Program-made: the position numbers and the translations under genes
Shown: positions 12,495 through 24,325 of the stretch, in pieces
How positions within the stretch are numbered: the first letter of the stretch is position 1
Layout: every line of letters starts with the position of its first letter
Assembly: GCA_950097015.1 (NCBI GenBank)
Contig: CATNEN010000029.1
Span: 186,001-250,000 of the forward strand
DNA: 64,000 nt
Reading direction: 5' to 3'
Source: Macrostomum hystrix
Lineage: Eukaryota; Animalia; Platyhelminthes
The notes under the pieces: model-generated
Databases searched by the model: none
Told to the model about the DNA's origin: nothing
The model's input: only the letters and a program-made list of their open reading frames with translations

Positions 12495-14950
12495 TCTATT
12501 CTCCTAGATCTCTGTATCTACTCTCCTAGATATCTAAATCTATTATCCTAGATCTCTATATCTATTATCCTAGATCTCTAAATCTACTCTCCTAGATCTC
12601 TGTATCTACTCTCCTAGATATCTAAATCTATTATCCTAGATCTCTATATCTATTATCCTAGATCTCTATATCTATTATCCTAGATCTCTAAATCTACTCT
12701 CCTAGATCTCTATATCTCGTATTATCCTAGATCTCTATATCTATTATCCTAGATCTCTAAATCTATTATCCTAGATCTCTATATCTATTATCCTAGATCT
12801 CTATATCTATTATCCTAGATCTCTATATCTATTATCCCAGATCTCTAAATCTATTATCCTAGATCTCTATATCTATTATCCTAGATCTCTAAATCTACTC
12901 TCCTAGATCTCTGTATCTACTCTCCTAGATATCTAAATCTATTATCCTAGATCTCTATATCTATTGTCCTAGATCTCTATATCTATTATCCTAGATCTCT
13001 AAATCTACTCTCCTAGATCTCTATATCTCGTATTATCCTAGATCTCTATATCTATTATCCTAGATCTCTAAATCTATTATCCTAGATCTCTATATCTATT
13101 ATCCTAGATCTCTATATCTATTATCCTAGATCTCTATATCTATTATCCTAGATCTCTATATCTATTATCCTAGATCTCTATATCTATTATCCTAGATCTC
13201 TAAATCTACTCTCCTAGATCTCTATATCTACTCTCCTAGATCTCTATATCTCGTATTATCCTAGATCTCTATATCTATTATCCTAGATCTCTAAATCTAT
13301 TATCCTAGATCTCTAAATCTACTCTCCTAGATCTCTATATCTACTCTCCTAGATCTCTATATCTCGTATTATCCTAGATCTCTATATCTACTCTCCTAGA
13401 TCTCTATATCTATTATCCTACGAGCTCGTAGATATCTAAATCTACTCTCCTAGATCTCTACATCTATTATCCTAGATCTCTATATCTACTCTCCTAGATC
13501 TCTATATCTATTATCCTAGATCTCTATATCTACTATCCTAGATCTCTATATCTACTCTCCTAGATCTCTATATCTATTATCCTAGATCTCTAAATCTACT
13601 CTCCTAGATCTCTATATCTACTCTCCTAGATCTCTATATCTATTATCCTAGATCTCTACATCTATTATCCTAGATCTCTATATCTACTCTCCTAGATCTC
13701 TATATCTATTATCCTAGATCTCTATATCTATTATCCTAGATCTCTATATCTACTATCCTAGATCTCTATATCTACTATCCTAGATCTCTATATCTACTCT
13801 CCTAGATCTCTATATCTATTATCCTAGATCTCTATATCTACTATCCTAGATCTCTATATCTACTCTCCTAGATCTCTATATCTATTATCCTAGATCTCTA
13901 TATCTACTATCCTAGATCTCTATATCTACTCTCCTAGATCTCTATATCTATTATCCTAGATCTCTATATCTACTATCCTAGATCTCTATGTCTACTCTCC
14001 TAGATCTCTATATCTATTATCCTAGATCTCTATATCTATTATCCTAGATCTCTATATCTACTCTCCTAGATCTCTATATCTATTATCCTAGATCTCTATA
14101 TCTACTATCCTAGATCTCTATATCTACTCTCCTAGATCTCTATATCTATTATCCTAGATCTCTATATCTACTATCCTAGATCTCTATATCTACTCTCCTA
14201 GATCTCTATATCTATTATCCTACGAGCTCGTAGATATCTAAATCTACTCTTCTAGATCTCTACATCTATTATCCTAGATCTCTATATATATTCTCCTAGA
14301 TCTCTATATCTACTCTCCTAGATCTCTATATCTATTATCCTAGATCTCTATATCTACTCTCCTAGATCTCTATATCTATTATCCTAGATCTCTATATCTA
14401 CTCTCCTAGATCTCTATATCTATTATCCTACGAGCTCGTAGATATCTAAATCTACTCTCCTAGATATCTAAATCTATTCTCCTAGATCTCTGAATCTACT
14501 CTCCTAGATCTCTATGTCTACTCTTCTAGATCTCTATATCTACTCTCCTAGATTTCTAAATCTACTCTCCTAGATCTCTATATCTATTATCCTAGATCTT
14601 TATATCTACTCTCGTAGATCTCTGTATCTATTTTCCTACGAGCTCGTAGATATCTAAATCTACTCTCCTAGATATCTAAATCTACTCTCCTAGATATCTA
14701 AATCTACTCTTCTAGATATCTAAATCTATTCTCCTAGATCTCTGAATCTACTCTCCTAGATCTCTATGTCTATTCTCCTAGATCTCTATATCTACTCTCC
14801 TAGATATCTAAATCTACTCTCCTAGATCTCTACATCTTTTATCCTAGATTTCTATATCTACTCTACGAGATATCTAAATCTAGTCTCCTAGATTTGCAAA
14901 TCTACTCTTCGAGGTTTCTAAATCTACTATCTGAGATCTCTAAATCTACC
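12495..14950. repeat. 22-bp minisatellite (TCTCTATATCTATTATCCTAGA)n
   Basis: About 110 units with TATTAT/TACTCT/TACTAT variants and four CTACGAGCTCGTAG palindrome-containing units. Confidence 0.97.
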
Positions 14951-15486
14951 CTCCTATATCTCTCCGTCTACTATTCCACTCTATCTCTATCTGCTCTCAA
15001 TCTGCCTCATACTATTATCTATTCTACGCTGTCTCCGTACTCAAGGCACCAACTGAACTCAGGAAAGTACAGCCGTCAATTCAAACATATTCAATACAGC
15101 CGCCTAATGAGCAAAAAAAGCTGTAAGGAAAATAAAAGAAAGAAAATAACGACTTTGATTTAAAAAAAGAGACCCAAAACCTCAGAATGTACTCTGTGCG
15201 CATCTCATGCCGGTAAACAACTCAAAGATTAGGATCCGCGACAGTGAGACTAGCCGGAATTCGCTAGAACTAGCTGGAAAAAATAAGGCGAGAAAAATCG
15301 AAGGTGGCATCCTATTGGTTGAGGAGCCTGGGAAATCATCGCTGACTGCCTGTGACAGGGGCGGGTATAAGATGCCCTCGAATATATCAACGGAAATGCG
15401 ATGTAATAAATAGATCTAAAGGCGAGGTTAGAAGAGGATAAATAAAAGAGGAAGTCTATAGTCTATTAACACCGAACAGAGCTGAC

Positions 15487-16626
15487 ATGACAGATGCTGC
15501 AGCAGCAGCCGAGGCTGCACCCCTGCCTCTGATCTGCTTGTCCGTGTCGGTGCTGGTTAACTGCAGTCACCTGATCCTGGCCACCTCGCTGACCGAACTG
15601 CGCCGACTGTACAACTGGCCACTGCTGGCGCCGTTGACGATGCACCTGGTGGCCGGAGTCTGCCAGCTCGTTGCCAGCGCCGCGGAGCGCTCCTGGGCAG
15701 CCGCTGACGCCGCCGGCGGTGGCAGCCTGGGGCTTGCCGCGGCAAACGCGTGCGCTCACCTGTGCCACCTGCTCACCGCCTCCTGGACCCTCTGCGCCGC
15801 CGTCGTCCTCTGGCGTCGGCACAGAATCTGCCATAGTCAGCAGCAGTTCCATGGTGGCGTCGGCGGCGAGGTGGAGACAGCGGCCGCCAACTCCGACTGG
15901 TCCGTGAGGCTTCGCTGTCTGGCCCTCAGCGCGCTGTTCAGCTCGCCTTTCCTGACAGCCGGCCTGTTCGGCAGGTCCGTGGGCCTTGACACGGCCCGCT
16001 ACAATGCCAGCCTGGCGCTGATCTTTCGACGGCAAAGAAACTGCAGCGACCCGGTCCAGTTGGCGACAGCTTCTGACGAGCTTCAACGAGCCGCGGTGTC
16101 GCATGCCTGGCTGCTATTCCTGCCCGCACTGCTGGCCTACAGCCTTCAGCTACCGCCGCTGCTGCTGGCGTCAGCGGCCTCGGCTGGAGCCAAAGGCGTC
16201 ATCGTCAACGGCGTCAGCTTGGAGATGGCGCCTGAGCTGCAGATGGCGGCGCAGACCTTGGCGCACACCCGGCGGGCGCTGGTGAAGTTCGCCGCCACCA
16301 GCCTGGCGGTGCAGGCCAGCGGGCTGCTGTCTATGGCCAGATTCAGCGGCTGCGACGGCGCCTGCCTCTGGTACGCGCACTACATTCTGCAGTCTCTGCA
16401 GGCGATCTTCATGGCAGTCAGCTGCCTGCTGGCGCGCGGCCCAGTTGAAGCCCTGGCCGATGCGTGCGGCAGCGGCGTCGGCGGCGGCATTCTGGGCGTC
16501 GGCGGCGTCAGGGAGGACACAAAGCTGGAGTCGGGACTGGGCCGGCTGGCGGCGGCGATGAATTCGCGGAAGGCGCCGCCTGCACCGATAAGACGGGGAT
16601 GCGCGTACAGGAGGGCGGCCAGCTAG
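15487..16626 (+). CDS. Divergent 7TM receptor, family B (adhesion/Methuselah-like) transmembrane domain
   Basis: 379-aa GC-rich ORF with seven hydrophobic segments. TM3 CAHLCHLLTASWTL resembles the family-B H-Y-x-x-L-A-S-x-x-W motif and TM7 YILQSLQAIFM resembles LNSLQG. A possible phase-2 acceptor at 15478-15479 means this could be a terminal exon. Confidence 0.65.
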   Translation: MTDAAAAAEAAPLPLICLSVSVLVNCSHLILATSLTELRRLYNWPLLAPLTMHLVAGVCQLVASAAERSWAAADAAGGGSLGLAAANACAHLCHLLTASWTLCAAVVLWRRHRICHSQQQFHGGVGGEVETAAANSDWSVRLRCLALSALFSSPFLTAGLFGRSVGLDTARYNASLALIFRRQRNCSDPVQLATASDELQRAAVSHAWLLFLPALLAYSLQLPPLLLASAASAGAKGVIVNGVSLEMAPELQMAAQTLAHTRRALVKFAATSLAVQASGLLSMARFSGCDGACLWYAHYILQSLQAIFMAVSCLLARGPVEALADACGSGVGGGILGVGGVREDTKLESGLGRLAAAMNSRKAPPAPIRRGCAYRRAAS

Positions 16627-17541
16627 GTCGTTTTTTAATTAACGTTACGTTAACTTCCATCACGCTATATTATAATGCGTTACTTTTTATTTCAAGTTTT
16701 TACGTTACTTTTCGAATCGCTGTTTATAGAATCTCGTTAGAAGCCTAATTTTTTAACTTGCTTCTGCATCAAACAAATATTTTGCTACCTGATAATGTAA
16801 AAACTAATCTGAGATATAATACTACTTACTAAAAGTCCAGATGGCTATGACTAAGTCTCGCTGCTAGCTTTCAACCTCGCACAGTGACTGTACAACAACT
16901 GATTGTCTTGCCGGTTAAAAAGTTCACGCAGTACGATCTCTAGAGTGGTACTTTAAGCTGGAGCATCATCTAGGCTAGCAATATCCTGCGCTGTCCGAGG
17001 AACTAAATAAATTGGCCTGGGGGGCTAAACTGGGTTAACTCCTGAGCAGAGCCGGGGGGGAGCTGGACGCTACTTTAAAATAAAATTTGGCTTGCTCAAA
17101 ATCCTCCCGGATTGGCACGACTTCTCTTCAAAATAACACAATTTTTTTGCTTCGAGACACTGACAGCGAAACGGTAGATTGAACACTCTCCGTGGCTCGG
17201 ATTAATCTGCATTTCATTAATATCTCGCATTCTCACCTTGTGTGCTCGCCTAGCAACTCGCCTAGCAGCCACTCCGGCGCACTCGACTCAAACTCTTAAA
17301 GTGAGAAGATCTACACTGCTTCGCGTCTGACACACCTGAGTAGATTTTCAATCAGTTTTATTTGGGGGGCTGGCAATTCGAGTTTTGCTAGGAGCAGATT
17401 AAATCCGACCCACTCGGGAATAAATCAATTTTAGAGGCACCGTAGCTTAATTTGAAGAAGAAATTCTTTATGAAACACCTCGGTACCATCTGCTCAGAGT
17501 GCAAATCCTAATATTGCTAGTGTTGCCAATATTGCTACGAA

Positions 17542-17750
17542 GTTAACGCGTTTGCATCTCGCACCTAGGTCACTGAGCTCGATTCCGCGGCGAGGCCACA
17601 TTCATTGTGGGCCCAAGAGAAGGCTTGGGGGCTTGTCGTGCAATTTACGCCGCTCGTGGGTCAACCCCAAAGGCACATTGAAAGTGTGCACTGCCAGACG
17701 ATGAGAAAGTGAGGAAAGTCAGATTTACACACCTGCGTGAGTGTCAAGGA
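17542..17750 (+). mobile_element. SINE family A copy, truncated
   Basis: GAGCTCGATTCCGCGGCGAGGCCACATTCATT...GAGAAGGCTTGGGGGCTTGTCGTGCAATTTAC is shared with the other copies. Confidence 0.85.
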
Positions 17751-20025
17751 CCACTAGAAGAAGATGGACGGGACATTTAGTTTCTTGGAAAATTTATTAA
17801 TGGCAGATTTTCACGGAAAACGCGAGATAGGAACTTTTCACTTTTTTACATTGGAATATTAACATTTTAATGTGCAAAAACGTGAAAAGTTACTTTCTCG
17901 CGAGTGAATTTTTCCTTGAAAATCTGGCTTTAATAAATTTTCCCAAGAAACGAAGTGCGATCCCGTCCTTCTTCTTCGAGTTGTCCTGTGTGAGTGCGTG
18001 TGCCTTCGCATTGTCACGAAATTCTGTTCTTTATCTATTAAATCTCTCCAACAGACAGAACTGATTTGCTGCAGAAATGGGAAGAAAAATAGTCTAGAAT
18101 TGACGGCCTAAATTTATCCCATGTGGATAATATCCCAAATAGTCGTCAGGCACAGCCTAGGCGATACTGTCCAAAAAGGGGGTCGTGCCAGTAAAGAATG
18201 TCTCCTTTGTCTCCTTTGTGACAAAGGCGAGAATTCGTGTATTTACATATTTTACATACCGGCGACTTTACTGGCTTCCGAGGCAGAGCTTAAGCAACAT
18301 TTTTCTCTCCGAACACACAAATAAAATTTTCAACACATAAGATCTTCATTTTGGACATTTATGAATTCATTTTTTCGACTAGTATCTCTTGTAAGCTTTA
18401 TAAGCGATTAATCAACGAAAGATGCGAGCAGGTAAGGTTTTCAAAGTGCAGCAGATAGGCGCAGAGTCTATGGCAGAAAGAATAATTGAATTAGCCTATT
18501 TTATCAATTAATTAATCTAAGCCAGCTAAAGCTGAAACACTGTCACTATCTGGTTCGCATTGCCCTGTCTATAAAGTAGGCCTCACCAAAACCTTGAGGA
18601 GACTGTCTGGAGACATCGCTACATTCGTTTCCTCCAAATTTAAGACTCCAGAACAACAATGTTTCAAATGTCTTAACAAAATCCGTATTTATTATTATTT
18701 GTTAGATCTAAAAAACTACCTACTATAAGTAGGAAAGCAGGCAAATACAAGTCTTGAAACGTGGTAAAACCTTAATTTTAAAAACTGTTTTTATAAATCA
18801 CTGTGTGCTTAAGACAAGAAATATGTGGTTTTTAAATACCCACATTTATCTTTCTCCCGTGTCTCCTAATATCTTCAACCAATCGCCATGAAAATACAGT
18901 ACTTCTAGAACATCGGCCTCGTCGTGGTTTCTGGTGGCAAAAACCACCAATAGAGGCATAATTTTCTTGCTCATAAATTTTCATCATGTAACCATGTCGG
19001 CGATCATTTTTAAAATATTGTATTGTTAATTACTATATTATTGAATGAATATGGATTCGCCATAGGGGTGTTTATGCAGTGCAATGTTAGCTGTCCATGT
19101 CACCAGGGTCTTCGACAAGAATCGCTGATTATCTCGACGATGCTGAAGTCGGACAGCTATGAAAGTTTGTTCATTGTAAAGGGTGGAAAGCTTTTATCCG
19201 AAACGGTGGACTGTCACGAAAATCGGTCATTCGGTTTGGGAGCTATTGTAAAGTGAAATACTTGAATATTTGAAATACTTCTGCATGTGGTATTTCGACT
19301 GTTAACTATTGCTTGTGGTGTCTGTAATCAGCGACCCCAACCCCCTTCAAAATTCTAGTGAACTCTGATCGAGCAATCCGATTGCGCATTGCCAATATGA
19401 CGGCAACTGATAAGCGGTTACATTTTAGGCAACGATTGCACTTTGAACTTTGAACCGAAAGGCGTCACGTATAGTATAGTTTCATTATCACAAAAAGTCT
19501 TCAAGTCTTGGTTTTCTATTTACAATTCAAAACAATAATTATCCTAGATCTCTGATTGGCTAAATCTTCTAACCCTGTCTAAAACGCCTCCCCTTCAGGA
19601 TCTCAGATTTGCTGTAATTAATCAAGGATTGGACTGCTAATCCTACGTCCAAAACTCATACTTCTCGAAGATCTCTGATTGGCTAAGACTTATTGACTGC
19701 CAACCCTGTCTAAAACGCCTTCCCTTTCAGGAATTCTGATTGTCCGTAATTAATAAAGCTATTGGACTTGTTAAATTTGTCAAAATCCTCTGATTGGTAG
19801 AAAATCTACGTGCCATTTTCCAGAGCTTTAACTTGGAACATCACTGATTGAAAAAAAACAAAGTACTCAATTTACCATACGAGTATTCAGTCACAAAACC
19901 AAAAACCCAACCAGTAGGCCGTCTAGCTGAGACTGAGATATATTATGAAGTTTTGAATGCAAAAAATCGTTACTTTAGCAGGAACAAAATGATAAGACCA
20001 AATTTAAGATTCCAAAGTGGCAGTC

Positions 20026-20943
20026 TCAGAGTTCATCCGCGTCATGCAACAGCATCGACTGCTGCCGTTGCCACAGTCGCCGGCAGTCATCGCCGCTGAG
20101 CCGGACCGCGCAAGAAAATCCGTGACTCACGAGCTCCTGGCGGAGCCCGCTGCCGCCGCTGGAGCTGTTTGAAGAGCGCGAGAGCTCCAGGCGACCGCGA
20201 TAGCGCCAAGCACCGGCCGCCGTGCCGCAATAGCTCAACATGAGCCGCTCGCCCCTGTCCTGCTCAGTAAGCCAGCTCAGCCGCCAGGCCTCCGTCACAG
20301 CCTGGCCAACCTTCGTCAGGCTGAGCAGCAGGGTGCCGTTCTCCGGCCAGACCGCCGCCACCTGCCGTCGCAATTTCACTGGCGAGCCTTCGAATATGAA
20401 GCCGCCAACGGCGAAGCCGGCGTCACCGTCTAGTAGCTCGCCGCGGCACGGATGACAGTCGTGAAACGGATGTCCGCCACGGACTGCGAACCAGAGCCCG
20501 CTGACTTCGGACAGCGCAGCGGGCGGGCCCCAGGTCTGCAGCTGGTCCGGGCGACAGTCGTCCTCAGAGCCGCCGTCATCCTCGGCACTGGCTGACGCTG
20601 GCGCCCTCAGCTGGACGCAGTTGTGCTCGGTGACTGCGCAGTTGAGAAACTCGGTGAGCAGTCGCACAGCCTTGCACCGGTACAAGCAGGCGGCGGAGCA
20701 GGTGTCACCGGAGTCCACGCAGGAGTGCAGGCAGGTGAGGCAGGCCCGACAGTCGGCGTTGACGGCGCATGAGTAGGACTGGCCAGGACAGCTGTAGGCG
20801 ATGCACCAGGCGTCCAAGGAGTGACCGGCGGCGGCGGTGGCAGAGCGCAGCGCATCCAAGGCAGCAGCGGAGGCGAGCTGCGGCTGTGCGCCCAGATGGA
20901 CCAGGAGTGCCACTAGTAGCAGATTAATTACCTGACGATGCAT
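20026..20943 (-). CDS. Secreted violaxanthin de-epoxidase-like (VDE/VDL) protein: Cys-rich domain plus lipocalin domain
   Basis: Intronless 305 aa with an N-terminal signal peptide. Cys spacing C-x4-C-x6-C-x5-C-x5-C-x3-C...C-x3-C...EFLNCAVTEHNCV matches the plant VDE N-domain (EFNECAVSRKKCV). GLWFAVRGGHPFHDCHPC aligns to GKWYITSGLNPTFDAFDC, and SYCG...YRGRLELSRSS to YYRG...YGGAVVYTRSS. Alignment is to Arabidopsis VDE as I recall it. Confidence 0.8.
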   Translation of the reverse strand: MHRQVINLLLVALLVHLGAQPQLASAAALDALRSATAAAGHSLDAWCIAYSCPGQSYSCAVNADCRACLTCLHSCVDSGDTCSAACLYRCKAVRLLTEFLNCAVTEHNCVQLRAPASASAEDDGGSEDDCRPDQLQTWGPPAALSEVSGLWFAVRGGHPFHDCHPCRGELLDGDAGFAVGGFIFEGSPVKLRRQVAAVWPENGTLLLSLTKVGQAVTEAWRLSWLTEQDRGERLMLSYCGTAAGAWRYRGRLELSRSSNSSSGGSGLRQELVSHGFSCAVRLSGDDCRRLWQRQQSMLLHDADEL

Positions 20944-21344
20944 GTTTCTTCTTTGAGGCCAATTAAGTCACATTGCATGTGGACATAATTATATGCAGAA
21001 TTGAGACTGCGGTCTAAAGTGTCTCATTGGCTTGTCAGTTCTATCTAAATGTGCTCATTATCTAATACTTTAGCTATTAAACAAATGGACGGAAGCTCCT
21101 ATCCCACCTGACATTCGACTGTATGTGTGAGCCGCAGAAAGTGTACCAAAAATGCAGCTCTCACTTTCTGCTCAAGTTCTTCTAGATTGAGGTAAAACGA
21201 GATAGCCCGCCAGAGTCACCTGAAGGTGCGGGACACAGCGGACTTTGCTCCGTAACTGCACACTTTTTGCAGCGCCTGTAACGTTAAGCACCGCCATTAT
21301 ACGAGTGAAGCCAAAGTAATAGCAGAGAATCGTACCTTTAGTCA

Positions 21345-24325
21345 AAGGATAGCAGACAATGACAGCTCAAATCAAGGAATAATGGTTGGAAATGACAGCT
21401 CAAATCAAGGAATAATGGTTGGAAATAACAGCTTAAATCAAGGAAATGACGGCTCAAATCAAAGAATGGCAGGAAATGGTGTCTAAGATCAAAGAATGAC
21501 AGAAAATCGCGGTTAAAATCAAAGAATGGCAGGAAATGGCGTCTAAGATCAAGGAATGGCAGGAAATGGCGTCTAAGATCAAAGAATGACAGAAAATCAC
21601 GGTTAAAATCAAAGAATGACATGAAATGCCGTTTAAGATCAAAGAATGACAGGAAATGCCGTCTAAGATCAAGGAATGACAGGAAATGCCGGTTAAAATC
21701 AAAGAATGACAGGAAATGACGGTTAAAATCAAAGAATGACAGGAAATGCCGGTTAAAATCAAAGAATGACAGGAAATGACGGTTAAAATCAAAGAATGAC
21801 AGGAAATTCCGTCTAAGATCAAGGAATGGCAGGAAATGATGGTTAAAATCAAAGAATGACAGGAAATGACGGTTAAAATCAAAGAATGACAGGAAATGCC
21901 GTCTAAGATCAAAGAATGACAGGAAATGCCGTCTAAGATCAAATAATGACAGGAAATGGCGTCTAAGATCAAATAATGACAGGAAATGCCGTCTAAGATC
22001 AAATAATGACAGGAAATGCCGTCTAAGATCAAGGAATGACAGGAAATGCCGTCTAAGATCAAGGAATGACAGGAAATGCCGTCTAAGATCAAGGAATGAC
22101 AGGAAATGCCGTCTAAGATCAAGGAATGACAGGAAATGCCGTCTAAGATCAAGGAATGACAGGAAATGCCGTCTAAGATCAAGGAATGACAGGAAATGCC
22201 GTCTAAGATCAAGGAATGACGGGAAATGACGACTGAACTCAAAGAATGACAGGAAATGCCGTCTAAGATCAAAGAATGACAGGAAATGCCGTCTAAGATC
22301 AAGGAATGACAGGAAATGCCGTCTAAGATCAAGGAATGACAGGAAATGCCGTCTAAGATCAAGGAATGACAGGAAATGCCGGTTAAAATCAAAGAATGAC
22401 AGGAAATGACGACTGAACTCAAAGAATGACAGGAAATGCCGTCTAAGATCAAGGAATGACAGGAAATGCCGTCTAAGATCAAAGAATGACAGGAAATGCC
22501 GTCTAAGATCAAGGAATGACAGGAAATGCCGTCTAAGATCAAGGAATGACAGGAAATGCCGTCTAAGATCAAGGAATGACAGGAAATGCCGGTTAAAATC
22601 AAAGAATGACAGGAAATGACGACTGAACTCAAAGAATGACAGGAAATGCCGTCTAAGATCAAAGAATGACAGGAAATGCCGTCTAAGATCAAGGAATGAC
22701 AGGAAATGACGACTGAACTCAAAGAATGACAGGAAATGCCGTCTAAGATCAAGGAATGACAGGAAATGCCGTCTAAGATCAAAGAATGACAGGAAATGCC
22801 GTCTAAGATCAAGGAATGACAGGAAATGCCGTCTAAGATCAAGGAATGACAGGAAATGCCGTCTAAGATCAAGGAATGACGGGAAATGACGACTGAACTC
22901 AAAGAATGACAGGAAATGCCGTCTAAGATCAAAGAATGACAGGAAATGCCGTCTAAGATCAAGGAATGACAGGAAATGCCGACTAAGATCAAAGAATGAC
23001 AGGAAATGCCGTCTAAGATCAAGGAATGACAGGAAATGCCGTCTAAGATCAAGGAATGACAGGAAATGCCGTCTAAGATCAAATAATGACAGGAAATGCC
23101 GTCTAAGATCAAGGAATGACAGGAAATGCCGTCTAAGATCAAGGAATGACAGGAAATGCCGTCTAAGATCAAATAATGACAGGAAATGCCGTCTAAGATC
23201 AAGGAATGACAGGAAATGCCGTCTAAGATCAAGGAATGACAGGAAATGCCGTCTAAGATCAAGGAATGACAGGAAATGCCGTCTAAGATCAAGGAATGAC
23301 AGGAAATGCCGGTTAAAATCAAAGAATGACAGGAAATGACGACTGAACTCAAAGAATGACAGGAAATGCCGTCTAAGATCAAAGAATGACAGCAAATGAT
23401 GGTTAAAATCAAAGAATGACAGGAAATGCGTCTAAGATCAAATAATGACAGGAAATGCCGTCTAAGATCAAATAATGACAGGAAATGCCGTCTAAGATCA
23501 AATAATGACAGGAAATGCCGTCTAAGATCAAATAATGACAGGAAATGCCGTCTAAGTTCAAAGAATGACAGGAAATGCCGTCTAAGATCAAGGAATGACA
23601 GGAAATGCCGTCTAAGATCAAGGAATGACAGGAAATGCCGTCTAAGATCAAGGAATGACAGGAAATGCCGGTTAAAATCAAAGAATGACAGGAAATGACG
23701 ACTGAACTCAAAGAATGACAGGAAATGCCGTCTAAGATCAAAGAATGACAGGAAATGCCGTCTAAGATCAAGGAATGACAGGAAATGCCGTCTAAGATCA
23801 AGGAATGACAGGAAATGCCGTCTAAGATCAAGGAATGACAGGAAATGCCGTCTAAGATCAAGGAATGACAGGAAATGCCGTCTAAGATCAAGGAATGACA
23901 GGAAATGCCGGTTAAAATCAAAGAATGACAGGAAATGCCGTCTAAGATCAAAGAATGACAGGAAATGATGGTTAAAATCAAAGAATGACAGGAAATGCCG
24001 TCTAAGATCAAAGAATGACAGCAAATGATGGTTAAAATCAAAGAATGACAGGAAATGCCGTCTAAGATCAAAGAATGACAGCAAATGATGGTTAAAATCA
24101 AAGAATGACAGCAAATGACGGTTAAAATCAAAGAATGACAGGAAATGCCGTCTAAGATCAAGGAATGACAGGAAATGATGGTTAAAATCAAAGAATGACA
24201 GGAAATGACGGTTAAAATCAAAGAATGACAGGAAATGCCGTCTAAGATCAAGGAATGACAGGAAATGATGGTTAAAATCAAAGAATGACAGGAAATGACG
24301 ACTGAACTCAAAGAATGACAGCGAA
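21345..24325. repeat. 30-bp minisatellite (AGGAAATGCCGTCTAAGATCAAGGAATGAC)n
   Basis: About 100 units with three main central variants (CCGTCTAAGA, CCGGTTAAAA, ACGACTGAAC). A 1-nt deletion near 23429 shifts the register. Confidence 0.98.

Noticed and set aside
7990-14950. Regular short repeats as possible CRISPR arrays
   Set aside because: Units are head-to-tail with no unique spacers, there are no cas genes, and the context is eukaryotic.
15466-16104. Antisense ORFs over GC-rich genes (also 20240, 47217, 47860 and the SINE-derived ORFs)
   Set aside because: Shadow ORFs expected from high GC3 or repeat sequence; no recognisable motifs.
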